A stretch of DNA of 59,484 bases, filler included. It is 6 parts of 6 records of this genome, joined end to end, with 100 filler letters (N's around TTAATTAATTAA, not from the genome) between each part and the next. Parts side by side here need not be neighbours in the genome. Positions count along the whole stretch, not along the records: positions 1 to 8,563 come from SRR2962707_535; positions 8,664 to 22,925 come from SRR2962707_541; 4 more parts are not named here. One strand, given 5' to 3'. How positions within the stretch are numbered: the first letter of the stretch is position 1; the number at the start of each line of letters is the position of its first letter. Positions 1 through 9,840 of the stretch are shown piece after piece. Under the pieces are notes generated by a model that did no database searches, was not told the DNA's origin, and was given only the letters and a program-made list of their open reading frames with translations. The translations under genes were made by a program, and so were the position numbers.

Positions 1-27
1 CAACAACAACAACAACAACAACAACAA
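1..27. repeat. (CAA)9 microsatellite at contig start
   Basis: Nine perfect CAA units read directly. Confidence 0.95.
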
Positions 28-340
28 ACCAGAGGAAGAAAGAAAATAGCCGGCTGAAACGTCCCGTTTTAGTTTCCGCCTCGCGCTCTTGCAGGGCGAG
101 CGAGCGAGAGAGCAGCTCTCCTGCTTGTCCGTGCACGTTCTTCACTCACTCCACTGGAGTCTGAGTGCACGTGGTGATAGTGGCAGTGACTGAGGCTGAG
201 ACAGTGAGTGCGTGTGTGTGTGGCGTCTGCTCCTCCTGCTTCTTCGTCTTCTACTACTCTTGCCAACTTCTGAGTGAGTGTGGTGCGGAGGGAGCGAAGA
301 GTTTCCTCAGCCTTCGCTGCGGTGGAAACGCCGGTCAAAG

Positions 341-3300
341 ATGTTCCAGCAGTTGAACCCGTTCGCACCGGCTTCTGCGGCAGCCGCAACTGCTGCTGCT
401 ACTGCTAAAAGCGAGGAGCAACGAAGTGACAACACTCACAAGAGCAACGAGGGCCGCACTCAGCGAGCGCTGAAAGCTTTCCTCGCTGCGTCGCACACTG
501 ACGCTGAGCTTGTGAAGATTGTAAGTCAGCTCCAGGCAACGGCTTTCAGGCAGCCCTCCGAGATCGACGGGACGTATCAACGGAAACGTGAGGAGACTCA
601 GAGTGCCGCGAATGGCAGTCAAAGCGACTCCACCACGCTGCCACCCGCAGCGAAGTCGCGACAAGGGGCGCACCCCGCAGTGAGCCCTGGCGGTCCCAAC
701 AACGAGAGCGACGAATCTGACGACGACGACGATGTGTTTGGAATGGAAGATGGCGGCGTTGTGGTGGATGAGTACGTGGGCGACGTGCTACGCAGCCGTG
801 CCCAGAGCGCTCTGTCGGCCGGCTCCTTTGGCTCGCAACCACGGCAGCGGCTTGCTAGCTGGGACGAGTTTGGGTCTGAGGCTGCGGACATTGGCCTGGC
901 TGCGCCATTGGTGGCTGCAACTGGGGGCTTGGGCAACGATAGTGATGCTGCTGCCAAGGAATCTCGTGGCACCAAAGCCGACAGTGGCAGAGAAGATGTC
1001 CAGCGGCACGACGCAGATGGACCGATTATCGACGCTGACGGAGCCGGTGCAGACGATGCGGACAATGCCTTTGTGCAAGATGCTACAGACGCGTTTGCGA
1101 TAGGAGGCGCATCGGATGACGAAAACAATGTATGTCAAAGATGTTGCCCCTGCTGTGCATAGCACATCCTGTGGGATGCTATTTGTGTCACCACTAGACC
1201 CATAACTCCTGCGTGCGATGGTGTGTCTGGATCCTGGCTTACGCGTGTTGCTCTTGATGCGCAGGCTTTTGCTGCCGATAGTGACGACCCAGTGGCCACC
1301 GAAATTCCGACGTTTGCCGATGATGCGACGCGCGGGCGCCTTAGCAGCGATGTCGCTGACGAATTCGGTGATGGAGGTGACGCTGCGGACGATTTTGGGG
1401 ATATTCCGGAGGTGGGCGACGGTGATGGCGACGGTGATAACTTGCCAGCTGCAGATGAAGGCAATCCCGGCAAAGCCGATGACGACTTAAGTGAAGGCAA
1501 TGCAGCCGAGGGCATTGGATCAGAAACCACAGACGCAATCGATGAAGAAAGCGACAAGGTGGCGGTGTCTGTGGAGGCAGACGGCAGCGAAGATGATGGA
1601 CAACAAGAAAATACCGTAGAACAGGAAGGCAGCGACAGCGCGACAGTTGAAGCGGCGTGTGCAGTTGCAACGGAAACCCAACCCAGGAGTTCTGAACAGA
1701 AGGAAGCTGATGATCCCCAGAATGGCACGCCGACGGATGGGCCGGGATCAAGTGTATGGGATTTCGCCCGAACTAACCTTCCTGCTGCATGGGCGCTGTG
1801 CAGCAACGTATTCGGGGCAGAAATTCGCGCCTTGCGCGCTCGAGTGAGTTTCGTGTGCAGTTTGCTTTGTCGGGGCCGTATGTTTCACCAATCGGATTCG
1901 AGTCGCTCGTTTTGTAACGTTTCGCTGGTCTTTTTTTTGTTTGACCAGGCCTATGATCTTGAACATATGCTTCACAATGAATCGCAGCGCCGCGTTGCCG
2001 CTGAAGCTCGCGCGGAGGTACGCCGGGGCACCGCCTTCCCCTGCCAACAAGCGCGTTTGATCTCTGTCTCCGCATGCTTGGTGCTGCTTGGCACATTTGT
2101 CTACTCCCAGTCGTGCGCTGTCGCGGTTTGACGAGTTCATGGATTTTGGGGATGAATAGGCTGCTGATGCCCGTGCTCGCAAGTCGGCTGAGTTGCTGCA
2201 CGAGTTTTTGAAGGCCAACAATCCTGTCGGGACAGCATCGGGCAACGACGGCAGTCAGGATATTAAGGGAGGTCCTGATAATCAATCAAGCGGCAGCGAC
2301 CTCACCCAACAGGTCCCAGACGACGATGGCACGCGGCAAGATTTGCCAGACAAGGGGGACGATTTGCGCATGTCGGGACGCCTGGCACAGGCACTTGAAG
2401 CTTCAGAAGTGCAACTAACTGCTGCCGCCGCTAAGACCACCCTCCGGGAGGACATGCTAGCAGAAACGAAAATGGACTTAATGCTCGAGCAGCAGCGTGT
2501 TGCGATGGTCACGGTGCGCTAAAGATTTTTCGTACCCTCACCGACAGTGCGCCACCTTTCCATCTGCGTCTCTGTACACGGTTTCATATTTTCGAATCCA
2601 CTTCACAGGCCATGTTCCGGGAGATAAGTGGAGCGGCCTCTACGTTGGAACGCTCGTTGATTCGAGCTGGTTCCCTTCCCGCTGCGTCTGTTGTTACGGC
2701 AGCGAAGACCCGGGCAATCAGGGGATTTGCCGACTTTGAGGCAACTCTTGCCTCAACGCGCCTGGTTCGCGACCGGCTTGCTGATGAGGTTCGCGGCTTC
2801 TTTTTATCCAGCCGCTCCCATTCCTTTTTTGCTTTCCGCTTCTAAAAAAAAAGTCTCTGTAGCCCCTCAAAATACCTCTTGCTCGCCTTTGCCGCTTTCT
2901 CCAGGCGCAACAACGACAGAAGCAGCATGCCGCAAACCAAGCTCTTCGCATTGCGGCTGTCAACGAAGTGCTTCAACCAACCGCAGCTGGTGGTGGCCGT
3001 ACACGCTCCATGACCATGGAAGAAGGGGTCGTCCGTGAAGGCGCGGATTTTGACAGCGAAGACGAAGAAGAAGTCGACTTGGTAATGAAGAAGCTGCGTC
3101 AGCTTGTAAAGGTGCGATTGGTTGTGGTTGTCAACGTTGGAGATAGTTTGCACATTTGCCGCCGGTTTGTTAGGCGTGCTTGCCCAATAAACAGCTTTGT
3201 CCCGCCTCACCTGTACAGAAGGAAGGCACAATTTCTTATTCACGAGTCAAGTTCAGTCTCATCGAAGCTTTTGGAGAGTCTGCCTTTGCTGGTCGCAAGG

Positions 3301-5218
3301 TGCAAATTCAGCAGTGGCTTGAAGACCGAACCACACCGAAACAAAAACCTGCAGTTCGTTCAGCCTGCGGTTGCTGTTGCTTGGTGGCGGTGGTGGCGAT
3401 GATGCCTCGCCGCGCTGATAGTGCACAATTCACTCACTGGTATAAATGTGGCGAATCGAAATAGGCGCTGACGCTGCTTGAGCAGCAACGACATGACATG
3501 GAGGAGCAGGAACGCCGCAGTCAGTTGGCTCGTGACGAAGCAGCAGCAATTGAAAAGATCCGCCAAGAGGAAGTTCGAGAAGCGCAGGAAGCGGCGCGTC
3601 GTTTGTGCTATTGTGCATGTGGTCCCCCGGCAATCCTTGGCATTGCCTATCCTTTCACGTTGTATCTGCCTGTACTGTTTCGTGTGCAGGCGGAGGCCCT
3701 TGAGCGGGCGAATCGTCCATGGCAGCCACCAACAAAAGCAGAGGCAAAGGCCTTTTTCGACTCGATCAAGGTTGGTGCACGCGTTCGAATCGTCGGCCTG
3801 CAGAAGAACCTCGAGTACAATCACCAATTTGGCGAGGTGCGTTCTCGACGTGCATATTCGTCGCCTCGTGTTGAAGCACGGCAGCTCGTGCAAACTCATC
3901 ACACAGACGCAGACCCGTCTGTTCGTTGACATTGAGGTGGTGTTCTTAGGTCTTGAAAAAGAACCGCCAAACCCTGCGGCTGCGTGTGAAACTCATTTCA
4001 ATCCCAGCTTTGTTTGGTAAGACCGTGACCATTCCCGCTGCCAACCTTGAGAAATTTGACAACTTGACAACTTTTTCGGCGGACAACATCAGCTCGGCAA
4101 CAGAGATTGCCAAGGCAATGGACGCTGTCCAGCCCAAACCGAGACCTCGGCGATCTCTGATTCCCAATATGCTCATTGGCAATAAGAATAGACAGCAGGC
4201 CCGCGGTTCTCCCCAAAAAAAGAAGTCAGTTTTTGGCAAAAGCAACGCAAGGGCGAAAGCCGCCTTCTCCACACCGCAGCGGGAAAGTGATTTATCCTGG
4301 AAGGCACGTAGATCATTGACCGGATGTGTGCCAAAAGCAACATTCAAAGTACCGTTGTTGATGAAATGTCCTTTGTGCCGTTGTGGTTGCCCCTGTTTGT
4401 AGACGTTTGCTGTTACCTTCTCGACAGAAGAGTCTTTGGGGGTGAAGTTGCAACCTTTGCACCCGACCGACGAGCGGACTCGTATTGGGTTCCTGCCGAC
4501 GGGACAAGCACAAAAACTAGGGCTGCGTCAGGGAGACGTTTTCGTTCAGGTTGGTGACTTAGATTTGGGACCTGGAGCCAGCGCCGTTGACTTTCTCCGC
4601 AAGGTAAGCAAGCAAGCTTGGCTGCTTCTGACTTCTTGTGCACAGACGCATCGCGTGCATCCCGGTAAGTGATATGGCTCATTCATGTGCTTTGCGACAG
4701 GCGGTGCTAGATGGCCAAAACGGCACTGGTCCAAAGACGTTCCCTGTTCTGCTCGTTCGTGGCGGGTGAGTTTAAAATGACTTTTGTTGATTGAGCTTTT
4801 TTTGTGTCCAAAGCCGTGTTTCTCATGCATTTCATTTTCGCGAAATCGAATGGTTTCCGTGTCCCACAGCCGTTACGGCGTCAATCAGTACGACAAGGAA
4901 CAGGCCGCCAAGCGTCTCGCAAAGACCAAAGAGACTATTACTTCACCGGCATCAGCTGCGCCAGCCGGTTCTTCTGACGAGTCTCAGATATCACCAGCTA
5001 GAGTGACTGATGAGATCGTGCAAGACGATGACTTGGACGACGCAGATGCCTTCCTTGCATCTCAAGACCAAGGAAAACCGGAGACCGCTCCCGCTGGGGA
5101 CAACCCAACCGGCACAAGTGGCAGTGATGACGAAGAGGATGATGCAGACCAGCAGATCGCGATCGATGAGGACGAGAGTGATACTTCCTCCTCTGATGAC
5201 GATGAGTACGAGCTGTGA
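341..5218 (+). CDS. Eukaryotic 13-exon gene, ~1178 aa: acidic low-complexity N-terminus, coiled coils, KOW/SH3-like motif, PDZ-like domain, acidic tail; function unknown
   Basis: Manually spliced exons 341-1129, 1265-1843, 1949-2017, 2160-2513, 2609-2788, 2905-3111, 3219-3353, 3465-3572, 3690-3836, 3950-4303, 4403-4603, 4701-4765, 4870-5218 give one open frame with ~95-142 nt introns ending in AG. PDZ-like TFAVTF..SLGVKL...GQAQKLGLRQGDVFVQVG. The donor of intron 10 is uncertain. Confidence 0.75.
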
Positions 5219-5464
5219 GGACTCTGTTTAAAGTTACATCCCTTCGACCACCGAGGCCGCAGTGGTTGGAGCGTTCGCGTTGCATTGGGCACTTTCAGAG
5301 ATGCGCAGCCGGGTGCTCGTTTTTCGTTGTTCATTTATTTTAGGAAGAAACAGACAAAGAGCATTCCCTGTCGGTCGAAGCCTCTTGAGTGTGTTGTTGT
5401 ACGTGGTATAATTCGGTTCTACTCGTCTGTTCAGTTTCTTTATTCATAGTCGGGGGTGGCAAAC

Positions 5465-7866
5465 TCAACTCTCTGCTTGTTGCAGTTTTTGTTTCAACTT
5501 TTTCTTCAATTTTGCAGCAATAAGCATGACCTTCGCCCCTGGGCCGAATTGCTTGTCCAGCTTCTTCAGCGTGGCACGGCTTTCCGGCATGCCCTTGGAG
5601 TACTGTCCAGGCCCAGGAGTATCTTTGTTTTCGTAAATGTACCTGCAGGGCGCATTGGTGTTGTGGGAGCAATGTGAGGACAGTGGTGACGCAGTGCAAG
5701 ATTGACGGGTCCCATTTGGCCAATAAATCACACACCTCTCCAGGTCTGTCTTGGGGTTAGCATCGCTAAACTGGACACCGCCGCCGACACCCGATGCGAC
5801 TCCTTTGATCTCATATTCGCCAGGACCTGGCATGTCCGCTGCCCGAGCCTGCAACTCTTCAATCTCAGACTTGGGAGAGTAAAACGACCAGGATCTGGAA
5901 GCAGAACCGAAAATGAAGAAAACAAACTACCATCAACAAAGCAATTGCAACAGCTCCGCGCACAAGGGAACACCGCAAGTGGACGCTCTGTGTCTCGTGC
6001 GGCTGGAACGTACCCTCCATTTTTATTGAGCGTGTTTGGAACAGAGTAATTCCCTGGTCCAGGGGTGTCATTTGCGCGAGCCATGAGCTGCTCGATCTCA
6101 GTCTTTGGCTTGAAATTGCCCCAAGTTCCACCCTTGATAAGTGTGGATGAGTCTGGAAGCTGATACTCGCCAGGTCCGGGAGTTATTGTCCGCTCCAAAT
6201 CCAACGAGTTCTGCCACTTGTGCCGCTGGATCAACTCTTCTCGCTGCGATGTGCCTCGTTCAATTTCGATGGCCTGTTTCAACAACAACAGCAACAACAA
6301 CAGAAACAACAGCCCATTGGGGTTGGCGGTTAAACGCATTGTGAATCCAAAGCCACAAGTGTAAACAAAAAAACAGGGGTCGGAGTGGGGGGCGCAGTGT
6401 GCGGAACAGATTCGGTACCCACCTCGCGCATCTTTTCCACGGCCTTGATGCGAGCATCCACACTTTCCATGTGGTCAACATAACGTTTACGAGCGTAGAG
6501 ATTTGCACGTCGTGTTTGCTCTGCTTTCTCGCGGCGTGTCTGGTTCTTGATTTGCCGCACCATTTTTTCTTGCTCGATCAGCTCTTTCTTCCGTAGCTGC
6601 ACAGTTCGGACTTGCGCTTCTCTTTCTTGCATCTGGCGCAGGAGCATGTCGTGCTTTTCCTCCGTGCGCTTGCGGCGCTCTTCCTCACGTTGCGCTTTTA
6701 ACTGCATGGCCTCTGTTCGCTGACCCTGGCTACTCTCGCGCTGCATTTCCAGCATGCGCTCAATTTTGGCATACTTTTCCTCGAACCGCTCCGTGACAAG
6801 CTCCGCTCGCTCCTCCTTCTTGCGCTTCGCGAGCTCCACCTGCGAAAAACGGCAGAAACCAAAGGGTGAGGGGCATGCGCGAGATTCGCTGAGCAGGGGG
6901 AGAGAGAGAAAGAGCGAGAGCGAGAGAGAGAGAACAGAGAGAGTCTCGAGGGAGAGTCTCGGGAGTCTCGAGAGAGCCAGTCCTCACCTGCTTTCGGATG
7001 TGGTTGTCTCGGGCTTTGCCTTTCATCTTCAGAGCGATAATTGCGTCTCTCTTTTCCTTTTCAATCCGGGCTAGTGTCGCCTCGTAATGCTGTGCCGATT
7101 CGTGCCCTTTGTAACTGCAGATTTCACACATACACACGCACACGCACACACACGTGTCAATGCAAATCGAGCGTGAAATGTGAAATGAATCGCAAAGCAC
7201 GCACACTCAGCGAACAAGCAGCAAGCACACGCACCGCTTCTTCTTCAATCGCTCGTTTTCCAGCTGCACTGCCCGCGCCAGATTTTCGCGGTTGCGGAGG
7301 GAGCGGTTCTTGCGCTTGGCCTCGCGCTCTTTCTGCAGCTTGTACGTGGCCTGCAACCCGGCAAAGTAGCGCTCCTCTTTCTCCTTCTTGTTGCGCTGGT
7401 ACTCGATGCACTCCTGCTCCCGCTCGCAGATCTGCCGGAGCATGTCCATGCGATTCTTGTTGTACTCCTCCTCTCGCAACTTGGCGTGGTAGTCGTCCAG
7501 CACGCGGACGCGGTTCGGCAGGCGCTTGAAGAACTCGAAGGGCCGGCCCGGGAGCTTGTCCTCGAGGACACCACAGAAGAGCATCGCCTCGTAGAAGTTT
7601 TGGTCGCGCAGCTTCTCCTGCAGCAATTCGTTGCTGTCGAATATCTTGTAAGCCTCTGCCAGCGTCTCTTTGCTGTATTCGCGCTCAGTGGCAGTGAGGG
7701 GGCGGCGGCGGCGCTGCTGCTGCTGCTGCTCGTTGCGGGACGACGATTCTGCCGCGCCGGCGCTCTTCGCTCGCTCTTTCTTGCGAGACCCGCTGCCGCT
7801 GTTGAAGTTGAGCTTGACTTCAGAGCCGTCCTCTTTGTACAAAGACATCGCCGGAAGAGTCGACAT
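5465..7866 (-). CDS. Eukaryotic 6-exon gene, ~590 aa: long E/K/R coiled coil plus four C-terminal PGPGxY (SHIPPO/ODF3/STPG-type) repeats; likely axonemal protein
   Basis: Exons 7866-7235, 7114-6988, 6839-6423, 6273-6014, 5894-5736, 5642-5465 with GT-AG introns join in frame. TPGPGEY, TPGPGNY, MPGPGEY, TPGPGQY spaced 38-40 aa apart. Confidence 0.8.
6900..6976. repeat. Imperfect (GA)n microsatellite inside an intron
   Basis: GA/GAGC-rich run within intron 6987-6840 of the minus-strand gene. Confidence 0.8.
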
Positions 7867-7932
7867 CGCGAACGGCTTTTCAGGGAGCGAGCGCGAGAGC
7901 GCGCAGAAAGGCCGTGGCACTCGAGAGCAAAG

Positions 7933-8073
7933 GCAGGAACGCAGGAATGAACGCAGGAATGAACGCAGTGGCAGGGAAAGAGAGAGAAGTAGGTAGGTAG
8001 GTAGGTCGGGCGGAAGCTGCTTCAGTCGAGACCTCGGTAGCGAGCGAGTGAGCGAGTGACTGACTGACTGACT
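7933..8073. repeat. Cluster of short tandem repeats (GCAGGAATGAAC, GTAG, GACT units)
   Basis: Read directly upstream of the minus-strand gene start. Confidence 0.75.
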
Positions 8074-8350
8074 GCTTTCGTTCCGAATTAAATGAGTGAG
8101 TGCGATAGCAGAAGCAAAATCAGCAGCAGATGAGTCGCTCGCGAGCGATGAGGAGGCGGAATTGCCCCGCGCCTATCGCGACAGAGACTTCTATTTCTTT
8201 TACTTTTTTTCTTCTCTTCTTTTTCTTTTCTTTTTTTGGCGGTCTTTGCCCTTTGGATTTCTAGGTTGACGGTGGGCCGTTGCTTTCTTCCAATCCGTCA
8301 AGATTGTGTTGAAATTCAGCCGCAGCAAGCAAAAAGAAAGTGCGTGTATT

Positions 8351-8410
8351 CATGCATGCATGCATGCATTCATGTAAGCATGCATGTAAGCATGCATGTA
8401 AGCATGCATG
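8351..8410. repeat. (CATG)n and ~3x 12-bp CATGTAAGCATG tandem repeat
   Basis: Read directly; explains the MHVSMHVSMH spurious ORF. Confidence 0.85.
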
Positions 8411-8563
8411 CTCATTTCGATTCCAGCGCGGAGCTCTCCCATCACTTTTTGTTCTCCCACAGCAAGCAACGCCTTTGCGAGAGAGCAGTCTCATCCCATC
8501 AGGACGAGATGCTTGACAAAGAGCGAGCGAGTAAGCGAGATAGAGCGAGAGTGAGTGAGTGAG

Positions 8564-8663
8564 NNNNNNNNNNNNNNNNNNNNNNNNNNNNNNNNNNNNN
8601 NNNNNNNTTAATTAATTAANNNNNNNNNNNNNNNNNNNNNNNNNNNNNNNNNNNNNNNNNNNN
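8564..8663. other. Artificial contig spacer (44N-TTAATTAATTAA-44N)
   Basis: 12-mer with stops in all six frames; identical at all five junctions; composition and gene structure change across it. Confidence 0.99.
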
Positions 8664-8664
8664 C

Positions 8665-9780
8665 GTCGCCATTCCGATGTTCGTGCTGATGGGGGAAATC
8701 CTGCTGCGCTCCGGGATTACGGAACGGATGTACGAGGGTATGGTTCAATGGCTGGGCTGGCTTCCGGGCGGCCTGATGCATTCCAACATCGGCGCCTGTG
8801 CGTTGTTCGCGGCGACATCCGGCTCGTCGGTCGCGACAGCCGCGACCATCGGTACCGTTGCGCTGCCGGAAGTCGAGAAACGCAATTACAACGAACGCCT
8901 GTTCCTCGGCACCATTGCCGCCGGCGGCACACTGGGTATCCTGATTCCGCCGTCCATCAACCTGATCATCTATGGTCTGCTGACCGACACCTCGGTGCCT
9001 GAATTGTATCTTGCCGGTTTCATACCGGGCGTGATGCTGGCCGGGCTGTTCATGCTGACCGTTGCGATTGCCTGTCTGATCCGCCCCAAATGGGACGGGG
9101 ACCCGGAAGTACAGAATTGGGCTGCGAAGTTCCGTTCGCTGTCGGGCCTGTTGCCGCCACTGTTGATCTTCCTCGTCGTCGTCGGGTCGATCTATGCCGG
9201 CGTCGCCACCCCGACCGAAGGCGCATCGCTGGGCGTGATCGCATCGCTGGGCCTTGCTGCCTTCAATAAAACGCTGACCATCGATATGCTGAAACGCGCT
9301 ATCGAAGGCACCATGCGTACGACCGCGATGATCATGCTGATCATCCTTGCGGCGATTTTCCTGAACTTCATTCTGGGCGCCGTCGGCCTAACCCAGGCGC
9401 TGGCGGATTTCATTACCGGCCTCGGTCTCAGCCCGATGGAGACCATGTTCATGATCGTCGTCTTCTACATCATCCTCGGGTGCTTCATGGAAACCCTGTC
9501 GATGCTGTTGACGACGGCACCGCTGATTGCACCGGTGGTCATACAGCTCGGCTTTGACCCGGTCTGGTTCGGGGTGTTGCTGATGGTGCTGCTCGAAGCC
9601 GCGCTGATCACACCGCCCATCGGCATCAATCTTTACGTCGTGCAGGGGATCCGCAAAACCGGCGGCCTTAACGATGTCATGATCGGCACATTACCATTCG
9701 TACTTGCCATGTTTGCAATGGTTGGCCTGTTACTGGCCTTTCCGCAAATTGCACTCTGGCTACCACAACAATTCTACTGA
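8665..9780 (+). CDS. dctM: TRAP transporter large permease (DctM family), 5'-truncated
   Basis: AIPMFVLMG, GSSVAT, GGTLGILIPPS, TPTE and ITPPIGINLYV motifs; polytopic; frame is open to the contig edge. Confidence 0.93.
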   Translation, partial: VAIPMFVLMGEILLRSGITERMYEGMVQWLGWLPGGLMHSNIGACALFAATSGSSVATAATIGTVALPEVEKRNYNERLFLGTIAAGGTLGILIPPSINLIIYGLLTDTSVPELYLAGFIPGVMLAGLFMLTVAIACLIRPKWDGDPEVQNWAAKFRSLSGLLPPLLIFLVVVGSIYAGVATPTEGASLGVIASLGLAAFNKTLTIDMLKRAIEGTMRTTAMIMLIILAAIFLNFILGAVGLTQALADFITGLGLSPMETMFMIVVFYIILGCFMETLSMLLTTAPLIAPVVIQLGFDPVWFGVLLMVLLEAALITPPIGINLYVVQGIRKTGGLNDVMIGTLPFVLAMFAMVGLLLAFPQIALWLPQQFY

Positions 9781-9840
9781 CCTTTAACGACAAGGGGCTT
9801 GCACACGACAGGTGTGCCCCGAACACAGGAGACTATTGCC

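Noticed and set aside
69-8562. Dozens of short overlapping ORFs on the eukaryotic contigs as separate genes
   Set aside because: They are exon fragments read through introns, alternative frames or microsatellite translations; two spliced genes explain this contig.
8608-8619. TTAATTAATTAA palindrome repeated five times as a possible biological repeat or recombination site
   Set aside because: Always centred in 88 Ns; a standard six-frame-stop linker added when contigs are concatenated.
8500-8700. Bacterial genes adjacent to eukaryotic genes as evidence of endosymbiont integration or HGT
   Set aside because: All such junctions are artificial spacers.
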